Origin: an uncultured Candidatus Altimarinota bacterium
GTDB taxonomy: Bacteria; Patescibacteriota; Gracilibacteria; CAIRYL01
Direction of reading: 5' to 3'
Length of the DNA stretch: 46,798 bases
Assembly: GCA_947311645.1 (NCBI GenBank)
Contig: CAMZKZ010000002.1
Coordinates: 1-46,798, forward strand
Shown: piece after piece, positions 29,101 to 38,300 of the stretch
Position numbering within the stretch: the first letter of the stretch is position 1
Layout: each line of letters begins with the position of its first letter
Notes under the pieces: generated by a model
Told to the model about the DNA's origin: nothing
The model's database searches: none
The model's input: only the letters and a program-made list of their open reading frames with translations
Program-made: the position numbers and the translations under genes

Positions 29101-29275
29101 AGAGTCTATTCTTAAATTTGATGATGAAATGAATTCTATAGCAGATGCTGTAGGTGTTGGAGCACAGAGTACAAGTGATTTTGTTGGTGATGTAGTAGCA
29201 TCTGTAGGAGATAAGAATGAAAATACAGTACAAACAGATGAAAAAATACAGAGAAATATACAGAGAAATGCATAG
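26138..29275 (+). CDS. large orphan protein (about 1045 aa from the first ATG) with no recognisable catalytic motif
   Basis: Long uninterrupted ORF with coding-like composition. The ORF-track start (TTG at 25919) runs through the glmS terminator and an AT-rich promoter-like stretch, so I place the start at the first ATG (26138). An in-frame GTG at 26105 is an alternative. There are two hydrophobic segments near 28379-28511. Confidence 0.6.
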   Translation: MRNANGAECKLENLQEISEQMKRGTEEKLALFGEKSNLVCLQSEVDQSFSDIPAFPEDDSIDNTENKGGSKSVSNVEKLYRSDGGKELYEILHRFGDVRTNSNARLFVNMLSDDIQKNAKTGITIDNLQDTWLGNNDEKSVKRGVFNAIHPKGNNGGGKIQNSTFLEYKKGKDSVQAFVSKKTLFLRDFSEEYTEKRQNLAQIQQQFFATLPSIENDAISNLQKKGLFSEIPNLYTFLQTKITKPQTPQLSNNTSTSTEAEGVFEGLSSAVIEKELKKINILQRDGVVQHSEEFPSGSILTDGEKQILQEYKNILEGMRSINLLKQKKNILEKVDVDNNGGDAIDFVNTKISTIINRIKELKHKKLIAENEYPVNDNKIALLEQDIRYLQEEKDFYKDLQDMTSSLNPMGSLYDDIFEHVWRDGKIVATKVKNMNDTISDLHEYSEWIMKTLFEGIPTPSNPDVRAVLVSSAYRGNFSPQQLNEVLLNMYHGKKNIAEFYEQVATVMYASDDGQAQEDFLAYISSHTEFSAISFKLHEASFFWNDTLAGNTAHFDESNPLILREENSREEFKKNWGFNIRLAYAEYKKLRVYPVKPSEDNLQNSLKKNNQVLDISLWITRDKETQKSMVNDSPEMKSYLSQLLQKSLRISSDEEIGEKIDSLEITDEKKAIYKKIIAGEWQKDDAEVMVFVQTLKSEFTEEEKIDQRFALKNSRVAVESVVKSFDDDGSTIMESVSYIWDRATSLDPTYVGVVGLFAYLMMKDNSGEEKSGLLSLFKTVAWGAGGAALINSVSDDMFDVDLFAKGKELIMGEDKNMQFSPSGVALLEMKKVPEENEDMDSKEFKRAGVALSNGNVKETLDWYTHCQKLQADPNRSVNDTIYTQKLPSGIKHLISHIYADEGSVGAGHSKEDAAHKVFTFLELYFKSVSLQLHPNAGDGAGNANMGYTSIADEFYYPDENENKTYTEVGTDILKQGYTMGEVMRARVARESILKFDDEMNSIADAVGVGAQSTSDFVGDVVASVGDKNENTVQTDEKIQRNIQRNA

Positions 29276-29305
29276 AGAAATACGTAGAGAAATACAGAGA
29301 AAAAT
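29246..29305 (+). repeat. 12-nt tandem repeat, 5 units (2 perfect, 3 degenerate), spanning the stop codon of the large ORF
   Basis: Units are atacagagaaat, atacagagaaat, gcatagagaaat, acgtagagaaat, acagagaaaaat. In frame, the first two encode IQRN IQRN. The third carries the TAG stop (29273-29275). Confidence 0.8.
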
Positions 29306-29613
29306 ATAAATGATGAGACGGATAGAATATGAAATATTATTTTGAAACAAATTTTTATAGATACCTAATGAAATGAGTATACAAAGAGAGTGTAAACACA
29401 GTATAATGTGTATGATTTTCCCGTCGTAGTACGAGTTTACGGAACAATTTAAAACTTTCTATTACAACTTACAGGGAACAGATCTTTCTTTTGTACCGTG
29501 GTGCAAGGTCGTTCGTTCCATTCTTGGATTACTCTGTTTGTTTTAAATTATAACCGTTCGTCTATTGAGGGGATTTTCTTTTATCCGAATTTTCCTCTAC
29601 ATATAGTTATATT

Positions 29614-30654
29614 ATGGCAATAGCATCATCTTTAGACTCCTCTCAGCACGCAACAAAAAACAATAATACACTTAAGGAAGGGGTTACAGAAAAAAAACAA
29701 CATATTACAGAAAAAAAATTTGAGCGTGGTTTGCGTCCAGAAAGTTTTTCAGAATTTATTGGGCAAGAAACACTTGTGAATAATTTACAAGTGTTTATTT
29801 CTGGGGCAAAAAAAAGAAAAGAACCGTTATCTCATATGCTGTTATCTGGTCCTCCTGGGCTAGGAAAAACAACATTATCAGGAATTATAGCATATGAAAT
29901 GGGTGGAAATTTGCGTATTACTTCTGGTCCAGCATTGGAAAAAAGTGGAGATTTGGCAGCACTTTTAACATCATTAAAAGATAATGATATTTTATTTATA
30001 GACGAAATTCATCGTTTAAAAAAACCATTAGAAGAAATGCTTTATTCTGCAATGGAGGATTTTGCGATAGATTTAATTGTCGGAAAAGGAGCTGGTGCAA
30101 AATCGATGCGTCTTTCTTTACCTCCATTTACACTTATTGGAGCAACAACAAAATTGGGAAGTATAGCAGGACCATTGCGTGATCGATTTGGAAATATTGC
30201 GAAGTTTCAATTTTATGAAGAAAATGAAATGCAAAAGATTGTGGAACGAACTGCAAAAATATTAGAAATAGGTATTGAACCGAATGCGAGTAAAAAAATA
30301 TCGCTTGCATCTCGTTCTACTCCTCGAATTTCGAATAGAATAGTGCGACAATTGCGAGATTTTGCACATGCGGAAAATCTCAGTGTGATAAATGATGAAA
30401 CATGTCGTATTGGGTTTACTGCATTGGGGATTGATAATTTAGGATTAGATGAGCATGATCGAGAGTATCTTCGTTTAATTGTAGAAACATTTGGAAATCA
30501 GCCTGTTGGAATTTCAACACTTTGTGCTGCATATTCAGAAGAAAAAGAAACAATAGAAGAAATTATTGAACCATATTTATTGCAAAAAGGATTATTGAGA
30601 AGAACTCCTCAGGGGAGAGTGGTTACAGATGCTGGAAAAGAAGTGGTGGTATAA
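29614..30654 (+). CDS. ruvB: Holliday junction branch migration ATPase RuvB
   Basis: LRPESFSEFIGQE, Walker A GPPGLGKTTL, Walker B ILFIDEIHRL, and a C-terminal winged-helix region. Confidence 0.95.
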   Translation: MAIASSLDSSQHATKNNNTLKEGVTEKKQHITEKKFERGLRPESFSEFIGQETLVNNLQVFISGAKKRKEPLSHMLLSGPPGLGKTTLSGIIAYEMGGNLRITSGPALEKSGDLAALLTSLKDNDILFIDEIHRLKKPLEEMLYSAMEDFAIDLIVGKGAGAKSMRLSLPPFTLIGATTKLGSIAGPLRDRFGNIAKFQFYEENEMQKIVERTAKILEIGIEPNASKKISLASRSTPRISNRIVRQLRDFAHAENLSVINDETCRIGFTALGIDNLGLDEHDREYLRLIVETFGNQPVGISTLCAAYSEEKETIEEIIEPYLLQKGLLRRTPQGRVVTDAGKEVVV

Positions 30655-30669
30655 AAACTGTAGCAGGTA

Positions 30670-31164
30670 TTAATTTTTACTAAACTCAAAAATATATTTG
30701 AGAGAAAACATATTGTTATTAAATTGTTTACAACATTTTTTGCATGCAATATGTTGTGTTTTAAAGAAGGTTTTTTGCGGAAGGGTATTTCGCTGTATTT
30801 CTGTTTTACATATTGCGTAATTTTTGCATCGCCCAGTGTATTTTAGCATTGGTGTTGTTATTTCTGACCCATAACATCGTTGTGGGGTTTGTCCAAGAGA
30901 ATGCATGATATCTTTCCATTTTTTTCCGTGTCCTGCACTGTGTCCTGCGAGAGCATGGGCTATTTCATGGAGAAGTGTTTCGGTGACATGTTCTCTGGAG
31001 TTGAGCTCTGTAATATGTTTTGAAAGGGATATTATTTTATGGGTATAGTTACATAATCCAAATCGTTTTTTTGCACGGTCAAATTGGAATTTCCAGCCTT
31101 TTTGTTCGAGTCCGTGTAAAAATAATAATTCATTTGCCAATATTTGTGCATGAAATATGTTCAT
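30670..31164 (-). CDS. SprT-like zinc metallopeptidase-fold protein with a C-terminal Cys-rich zinc ribbon
   Basis: LLHEIAHALAGHSAGHGKKWK (HExxH followed by HG..W, as in the SprT family), and CKNYAIC...ACKKCC at the C-terminus. Confidence 0.7.
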   Translation of the reverse strand: MNIFHAQILANELLFLHGLEQKGWKFQFDRAKKRFGLCNYTHKIISLSKHITELNSREHVTETLLHEIAHALAGHSAGHGKKWKDIMHSLGQTPQRCYGSEITTPMLKYTGRCKNYAICKTEIQRNTLPQKTFFKTQHIACKKCCKQFNNNMFSLKYIFEFSKN

Positions 31165-31711
31165 AGTTTTTGTGGTGCGTAACTTGTTGTTGTAAAATTT
31201 TTAGTGTTTTTTGAAAGCGAAAATTTCTGTGTTTTTTCAATAAAAAAAGTTTTGTATACAGGTTGTTATTATCAATATGTATATATTGTATTGAAAAAGA
31301 AATATTGTAGAGTAAAGAGAGGGTTTGTATCGCTTCTGTACAATATGTACGAAGTGCTATATCAAAAATAATGAGTTTTTTATGCTGAGAAGCCGTATAT
31401 TTTTTATTCATATAAGCAGAATAGAGTATTTCTATGATATATGAAGTGATGAGTTTTTTGAATTTTTTATTTAAAAGAAACCATGTTTTTTTGGTATAAA
31501 AATTAGAATGGCTTCCTGAGTAAAATAAAATTTTTTGTAATTTTTGCGTATTTATGTTTTGTTTTTGGTGTATCGATTTTACAAAATCATCTATATTGAT
31601 GTATTGAATATAGTTTTTATGAAATTTTATTGTATGAAGCGTATGTATTAATTTTTTGCAAAAAGTTGTTTTTCCTGTTCCAATTTTCCCTGATACACAT
31701 ATAATTTTCAC
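31130..31711 (-). CDS. divergent P-loop NTPase/kinase, weakly dephospho-CoA-kinase-like
   Basis: Walker A VSGKIGTGKTT at residues 6-16. The pattern IDDF..., LIIFDIAL resembles the CoaE layout. Composition is very Lys/Ile/Asn/Tyr-rich. The GTG start overlaps the upstream TAG stop by 1 nt. It is the only ORF here that ends in TGA. Confidence 0.4.
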   Translation of the reverse strand: MKIICVSGKIGTGKTTFCKKLIHTLHTIKFHKNYIQYINIDDFVKSIHQKQNINTQKLQKILFYSGSHSNFYTKKTWFLLNKKFKKLITSYIIEILYSAYMNKKYTASQHKKLIIFDIALRTYCTEAIQTLSLLYNISFSIQYIHIDNNNLYTKLFLLKKHRNFRFQKTLKILQQQVTHHKNYEHISCTNIGK

Positions 31712-32325
31712 TATTGTCGTGGTAAAAATCCATTTTCACTTCCATACTTCCATACATGTTGGTTTACCATTTCACTTAAAATTGTTTCCATTTCGTTACT
31801 ATCGGTAAGTCGTTGAAATTTTGTAAAGTTTGTTTTGTATTTTCTCAGTATTTGTTCGGCATTTTGTGGGTCTGCTATATTAGAAAAGAGTGTTTTTCCG
31901 CCAGACATTGTAAATATTTCTATTTGTCCATAGTTAAATATTGTTTGTAGTATTCCATCGGTAGAGATATTAAGCTCTTTCATGTCTTCGTACTCTATTC
32001 GAGAAGATTCTTTTTCAAATATTCCATGCCATTGCACATGAATAATTGAGTAATTTGTAATAAGTATTACATCAAAATACCAGTCGATAATATGATATAT
32101 AATCCATGAAAGAGAAATTATTATCCATGCTGTAGCCCACCACCAGCTGTAATTATATCCTAAATTATGAGCATAAAGAGTTATAGATATTGGAATGAAG
32201 AGGCCTATGATACTCCATGAAATAAACCTTCCCCACATTTCAATTGAATGTCGATGGAAAATTTCAAAAAGTTTTTCACCAGTATCAAGGTGTTCTTTAA
32301 ATATATATTTTTGTAAAAACAGCAT
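31711..32325 (-). CDS. membrane protein with a bacterial PH domain (bPH_2, YdbS/YdbT-like)
   Basis: Two TM helices followed by DVILITNYSIIHVQWHGIFEKESSRIEYEDMKEL...FNYGQIEIFTMSGG, matching the bPH_2 architecture. Confidence 0.6.
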   Translation of the reverse strand: MLFLQKYIFKEHLDTGEKLFEIFHRHSIEMWGRFISWSIIGLFIPISITLYAHNLGYNYSWWWATAWIIISLSWIIYHIIDWYFDVILITNYSIIHVQWHGIFEKESSRIEYEDMKELNISTDGILQTIFNYGQIEIFTMSGGKTLFSNIADPQNAEQILRKYKTNFTKFQRLTDSNEMETILSEMVNQHVWKYGSENGFLPRQ

Positions 32326-32329
32326 GAGG

Positions 32330-33268
32330 TTATGAGAGAGTTGTAGTATAGGCTTGTTGCTGATTGGTATATGTTTTTAATAAAAGAGCTTTCATTTTTT
32401 TCATATTTGCAACATTGCTAAATGTAATAGCATGTTCTTTTGCGCCTGTATCTATATGAAATGTTCCTGAATTTAGAAAAAAATTTACTATACCAAATGC
32501 ACTTGGGTGAATTTCTTTTATGGCTGGAAAAGGAGTAGTTATGATATCTGATCCGAATATATGAGCATCAGATATAACAAGTCTTTTATTTGTTATATAA
32601 ATTATATCATAATGAAAATCTATCCAGTTTTTACTAAAAATCACTACAGCAATAAGAAGGGGTAATAGTGCTATGATTATACTTATAGTATTATATGTAA
32701 ATATTGTGAATACGATAATGGAAAGCGTAGTAAAGAAAAAAACGGGAAGAAGAGAGAAAAAGAATATAATAGGGTGTTTTTGAATAATTCCTATTATTTC
32801 TTCGTTATCTCCTTTTTCAAATTCACCATGAGATGTAAGTGTTGAAATATTATTCGCTATAGAATCTCTTTCATTTTTATAGATAAAAAAGAGTTTTATA
32901 ATTCGAATGAGTCGAATTGTAAGTAAAAGAGGTATAGATGTGTTTATGATTCCATAGTGAGATAATAGAAGTGGTCCTATGGCGATAATATCAATGATTC
33001 CAGAGAATGAAAATATATAGCGAAGTCTGTTTTCTGAAGACCATAATCGTATAATATATTCTATTGTGAATATTATGGCAGTATAGAATTCAATGGTATG
33101 AAGAATGGGGTAAGAATCTGAAAAATAATCAATAAAAAAAAGAGGAGTAATTGCCACAGTAACAATAATAAGTATTGCTATAAATCCATCAAGAAGTATT
33201 GATGCTTTATTATCGTTGTAATGAAATATTTTATTGAAGAGTTTCCATATTTTTGTATTTTTTAGCAT
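32330..33268 (-). CDS. pore-less voltage-sensor domain (S1-S4) fused to a 2-TM bacterial PH (bPH_2-like) module
   Basis: S2 is LHTIEFYTAIIFTIEYIIRLW (acidic and aromatic charge-transfer residues). S3 is GIIDIIAIGP. S4 is LLLTIRLIRIIKLF (R/R/K at every third position, nt ~32890-32935). No K+ or Na+ selectivity-filter sequence follows. The C-terminal part is DIIYITNKRLVISD...GTFHIDTG, preceded by two TM helices. Confidence 0.6.
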   Translation of the reverse strand: MLKNTKIWKLFNKIFHYNDNKASILLDGFIAILIIVTVAITPLFFIDYFSDSYPILHTIEFYTAIIFTIEYIIRLWSSENRLRYIFSFSGIIDIIAIGPLLLSHYGIINTSIPLLLTIRLIRIIKLFFIYKNERDSIANNISTLTSHGEFEKGDNEEIIGIIQKHPIIFFFSLLPVFFFTTLSIIVFTIFTYNTISIIIALLPLLIAVVIFSKNWIDFHYDIIYITNKRLVISDAHIFGSDIITTPFPAIKEIHPSAFGIVNFFLNSGTFHIDTGAKEHAITFSNVANMKKMKALLLKTYTNQQQAYTTTLS

Positions 33269-33384
33269 AAAAAAGGAAAAGATATATAAGTTGAGATGTA
33301 TTGAGTATACGACCGAATCAATAATAAATGCAAATATTGGGATATGTAGGTATTAAGATTCTATTGAATATGATACTACAGAAG

Positions 33385-33417
33385 AAAAACTCAAAAGAAA
33401 ATTCTTTTGAGTTTTTA
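33385..33417 (-). terminator. intrinsic terminator after rpsO (structure is bidirectional)
   Basis: ctcaaaag (33390-33397) pairs with cttttgag (33404-33411), with A and T runs on both sides. Confidence 0.7.
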
Positions 33418-33448
33418 TATTATGCGAAGATTATAGTTTTTTAAAAAA

Positions 33449-33703
33449 TTATTTTCGAATTCCTAATGTTTCCATAAGTTTAGCTGCAGCTTCTGGTTGT
33501 TTTTCTTTGTAATTTTTCAACAGTTTTCGTCGTTTCGAAACCATTTGTAAAAGACCTCTTTTTGAATGTAAGTCTTTTTTATTTACTTTTAAATGCTCTG
33601 CTAAGTGAAGAATTCGTGCAGTTAAAATAGTGATTTGAACTGAGTACGATCCTGTATCTTTTGCATGAATTTGTGCATCTGAAATCAATTTTTTTTTGTC
33701 CAT
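33449..33703 (-). CDS. rpsO: 30S ribosomal protein S15
   Basis: [47 protein letters not shown] is a canonical S15 sequence. Confidence 0.9.
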   Translation of the reverse strand: [84 protein letters not shown]

Positions 33704-33859
33704 AGTGTAAGGTTAAATGTCGAGATATTTCGTAGTATATACCAAATTATCCGTATTATATGAAGAAGTATATCTTCTTCTCAAAAAATTATTACAAAAA
33801 AAATATATAAAATCAATACCTTTGGCTTGATTTTTAAGGAAAATAGTATGGATAAAGGC

Positions 33860-33888
33860 TTGGAAGAATGAAAAGAGTATGATATAAT
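33860..33888 (+). promoter_or_regulatory. extended -10 sigma-70-like promoter for the surface-protein / giant-protein gene pair
   Basis: TTGGAA (33860-33865), a 17-nt spacer, then TATAAT (33883-33888), with TG at 33880-33881 giving TGnTATAAT. Confidence 0.55.
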
Positions 33889-33966
33889 ACTCTGAATAAT
33901 TCCTAGAATAGTTTTATGATAAAGGAATATTTACGACACACATATTAAAGATATAATTACTTATTT

Positions 33967-35361
33967 ATGAAAAATACACTTTCTTTTCAGTTTTATTTTC
34001 ATTATTTGCACCGCTATTTTCGTGAGAGTGTATTCTCATTTTTTTATTGTATTGGAATAAGTATTGTCTTTTCTTTTTTTCTTTTTACAGGTGTATTTGC
34101 ACAGTCTTCTTCTGCAACACTAGTATTTCAATCGTGTGAAAATGTAGTATGTACAGATATAGAAAATGGGATATTGGAACAAAAATTTGAAATTGGAGAC
34201 CAATTGCCAATGCGAATTGTGATTAAAAATCCAGAAAATGCACCAGTATTTTCTGTGCAAAGTTGGGTAAAATTTAATGCATCGGTAGTTGGAATTTCAG
34301 GATTAAGTGCAGATGAAAGTGCATTTGATCTTGCAGCTCCAGGAGAATTTAAAGCGGTAAATTCTGATGGTGAATTACGAATAGGGAGAGCAACTACAGG
34401 GTCTGCAAGTAAAGATTCAGAAATTATTGTGGCAGATTTTATTGTAGAAATTAAAAAAAATCCAAATCTTTCAACTCTTCAATTTCTTGATTTTAAAAAA
34501 GATGCTATCGGGAAAACATCTATAGTTACTATTCAGGGGAATATTCCCGCAAATATACTTGAGGAAAATCCAAAAAATCTTGTATTTAAAAATTTAAAAT
34601 CAGCACCTCTTTCGGTAGAAACTGTGCAGAACAATACATCTGTACAGGGATTGGGAAATGGGGAAGTAAGTGTGTTGTCTCAAAATAATACACTTTCTCA
34701 AAATACTGCAGTAGATATTTCTGCTCATAATATATCTATTTCTGTAGAAGGAACAGACGAAACGGTTACATCGTTACCTCAGCCTTCTGGGTTTCGAACA
34801 CGAACATTTTCTGATGGTCGAGTAGAAATGATATGGGAGTTGGATCAGGATACAGCAGTAAAAGGGTATTATTTATATTATTCTAATGTTTCTGGAACCT
34901 ATATGCATAGAAGAGATATGGGGAAAACGAATGTGTATACATTTGATAAAGATTTTTTCAAGCAAGGGAAAAAAGTATTTTTTGCAGTGCAGGCATATTC
35001 AAGTAATGGAACAGTATCTGATTTTTCAAATGAAACATTTGTGATAACTGGAGAAGAAGGAAGTGCTTCTCATCCATTTTTCGAGCAGATCTTCCCTGAT
35101 GCAGAAAAAATAGGTGAAGATATTGAAAAAAATAAAGCGTATTATGTGCAAGCAGGAGAAAGTAATGAAAACAGTGGAAATGCTGGTGGAGTATCAGCAA
35201 ATTTTTCAACAGTGCAAACTGCAGGTAATAAAAATAGTGTTATTGTTGGAAATAAAACTATTGAGTCTGGAAGTCGTTATGAAGTATTTCTTCTATTATT
35301 AGGATTAGTTATGATTATGGGGTCTGGAGGATTTATGCTATTTGCACGACGAGAGCGTTAG
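33967..35361 (+). CDS. cell-surface protein: signal peptide, cohesin-like beta-sandwich, FN3 domain, C-terminal TM anchor
   Basis: Signal-like segment ISIVFSFFLFTGVFAQSSSA. The block GDQLPMRIVIKNP...VQSWVKFNASVV...DGELRIGRAT...IIVADFIVEIKK resembles cohesin domains. The FN3-like block is PSGFRTRTFSDGRVEMIWE...KGYYLYYS...FFAVQAYSSNGTVSDFS. The C-terminal helix is VFLLLLGLVMIMGSGGFMLFARRER. Confidence 0.6.
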   Translation: MKNTLSFQFYFHYLHRYFRESVFSFFYCIGISIVFSFFLFTGVFAQSSSATLVFQSCENVVCTDIENGILEQKFEIGDQLPMRIVIKNPENAPVFSVQSWVKFNASVVGISGLSADESAFDLAAPGEFKAVNSDGELRIGRATTGSASKDSEIIVADFIVEIKKNPNLSTLQFLDFKKDAIGKTSIVTIQGNIPANILEENPKNLVFKNLKSAPLSVETVQNNTSVQGLGNGEVSVLSQNNTLSQNTAVDISAHNISISVEGTDETVTSLPQPSGFRTRTFSDGRVEMIWELDQDTAVKGYYLYYSNVSGTYMHRRDMGKTNVYTFDKDFFKQGKKVFFAVQAYSSNGTVSDFSNETFVITGEEGSASHPFFEQIFPDAEKIGEDIEKNKAYYVQAGESNENSGNAGGVSANFSTVQTAGNKNSVIVGNKTIESGSRYEVFLLLLGLVMIMGSGGFMLFARRER

Positions 35362-35395
35362 GGAGTATACTGTGAGTATTCTATAATATTGTGTA

Positions 35396-38300
35396 ATGCA
35401 AAAAATAATAAATATACATTCTTCGGTTTCGATACAATTTCATTATACGCAAAATATGTGTGTAACAGAGTCTCGACTTGTGTATAAAGGAATACTTGAA
35501 GGGTATAAAGAACAAGAAAATTTTAAAGCTTCTGTAAAAAAAGAAGAATTAAAAGATAAAAAATTACGAGCAAAGGCGTATAAAAGAGAAGAGCGAGAAT
35601 TGCAAAAAAATATAAAAAAATTATGTACACTTTCTGGAAAAAAAGAAAAAAATCGTTTGGAGAAAGAGGTGTATTCGCAAATTCTTTTCTTGGAAAAAGA
35701 AGGTGTATTTTCTGTTATTTCACAAAATATTCTTAACAATATAGGGAAAAAAAAAGAGAAAGAGTTTGCACAGGATATTGTAGAAAACTTTAAAGAAAGG
35801 TATGAAAAACAAAATGATAAAAAGGTTGATAGATTGCTTGCAAGTATTCATGCAGAGAAACCTTTTATTGAAAATGAAATAGAGATTATTGCAGAAGTTG
35901 GGGTAGGAAAAATACTTTCTGTGTTATCGGGAAAGGTAGAAAGAAATAGCTTTTTTACATTGTTTTCAAAGATTACAGATTCTGATGAGTTATATGCTTC
36001 GTTAGATGGAGATTTAACAGATTTATTGGAAGATGAAGATATTTCAACACATCATAAAGATATTATTTTTACTGTATTTATAGAGTTATATTGTGTTGAA
36101 AAGAAAATATCAGCAAAAAAAAGAAAAACAGTGCAATCAGAAATTATAGCAGAAAAAAACATGCATGAGTTTGATTATATAAAAAACTTTTTAAAAACAC
36201 TGAAAAAAGAAAAAGATACGATAAAAGAATTGGTGAGAAATACGCTTCCTGAAGATACAGATGATTTGCGAGAGAGGGATAGTGCACGCCAGAAAAAAGA
36301 AGAAGAAATGCTGAATTCTGTTAGAAATTTGTTGGGAGAAGAGAGTGCAAGAGAGGCACAAAAAAAGATGGATGAATATGCAAAAACAGACTATGAAAAA
36401 CGACAGATAGCATATTTTAAATATATAAACGAAGAGATAAAACCATCGCTGGAGATGATTAAAAAAAGAGAGATAAAGAGTGTAAAAGAATATGTACGCA
36501 AACAGCAAAAAGTACTAGAGTTTTCTTTTTCTGTAATGCCAGCACTTTCAAAAGAACAGCAGCAGCAAAAACAAAAAAAAATAGCAGAAGAGTTTGGAAT
36601 TTTTTATGAATATTTAGACGCATTAGCATTGTCTGAACAACAAAATTCATATTTGCCGATTATAGATTTTTTAACAGATGGAGGGCGAACAAAGTCTCAA
36701 CGGGAGGCCATGCGAAATTTACATATATTTACAGAAGAAGATATTGCAATTCTTAAAGAAGTTGAATCGAAGCGACTTATTTTTAGAGATGTTCTTGAAT
36801 CTCAACGATTACAATATTCTGAAGATACATCGTCTTTAAATGTTATATTGGAATCATCTCAATATAAAGCATTAAAAGAAAAAGATCCAGAATGTACAGA
36901 TGAGTTATTGTCTTTTATGCAAGAAAAAAATATCCTTACAGATGAAGGAATTATTGCAATTTGTGGAAAAGAAGATGCGAGTTATCGTCCAGAGTATTTT
37001 ATGAAGGCGTATAATTTTTTAGAATCTGAACTTGGGGGGCGAAAAAATAAACATGTTCTCAATAAGCTTATTGAAGATGTGCATGAGACTGCATTGCCAA
37101 AATATGTAATAGAAAAATATGGAAAAGTAGTATCAAAAAGTGGGAAAATATCAGAGAATATATATGCGTTTTTTAGCACACCGCGTTTAAGCAATGGCTT
37201 AGGTGATATTATACATTCTGTATCAAAAGTTTCTACAGATATTGTTGAGTATTCAAAAGAGACAGGAAAATTTTCTGAAAAGGGAATTATGGGAGAATTG
37301 AAAGAAACATATGCATTTTTTTCAACAATAGAGAAATTAATAGAACGCAAGAAAGAAGCTATTCGAGAAATAGGGAAAATGTTGCATGCAGTGGTACAAG
37401 AATCAGGAAATATGAAGACTTCGTATACATCTGAGATACAAAAAATTTTGAAGGAGCTTGAAGAAAACTATACCGCTCTTCAAGATGATGTACGCAACAG
37501 GAAAGTTCCTTCTTCGATAGCAGCACAACGCTATGTTTCACAAGAATTAAAAAATTTTATTGATGAGGCAACAACAGACGACGAAAAAGAATCTCGTTTA
37601 GAATTGGTAAATGCAGAAATTAAAAAATTGGCACAACAGTTTAGTGAAGAAAATTTGCAAAATTTGCTTGCAGATGCAAAAAATGCATTAGAAAAAGATA
37701 CAGAAGAGAAAACAGGTGGGAAATATTTATATACACTGTTAACCGGTTTGGATACAAAAAGATTGGAAAAACGCACTATTTCTATTGCGGAAAAAATTCT
37801 ATTTGACTTGATTGCAGAAAAGAAGGGAGTATCTGTTGAATCGATTGTAGCATTGCAAGATTTAATGAATACAGAAAATTCGTATGGTGAGCCATATATT
37901 ATTGAAGGAGAAAGTACAGCATATTATCCAGAAAAAAATCAGATAGAGCTTGAATCTCATATTTTTGTAGAAGTAAAAAAATTTGATATACAGAGTGATG
38001 TAGAAATGTTGCAGTATTCTGCAGAAACAAAAGATTTTTATGAAAATTTAAGTAAAGTTTTTCATGAACTTGGGCATAGTATGGTTGCGAAAAAAGGGCT
38101 TATGCGTGTGCGATTTTCTAGTATTTTACAATCGGAATTTGGGAACGATTATGGAGAATTTACAGAAAAAGTGGATACTGTTTATGGGTATGAAGCATCA
38201 GAAGACAATATGGAAGAGTTGCTTGTGGAGATTGGAGCATTATTGCAATTTGAACCGCAAGTAAGAGCAAATTTTATAGAAAAGGATTCTGTTATAGATG

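Noticed and set aside
29276-29613. SRP RNA, tmRNA or 6S RNA in the long spacer before ruvB
   Set aside because: On either strand there is no GGAA-tetraloop/AGCA domain-IV motif, no tRNA-like acceptor/T-arm and no long bulged rod. The region is kept only as an unexplained finding.
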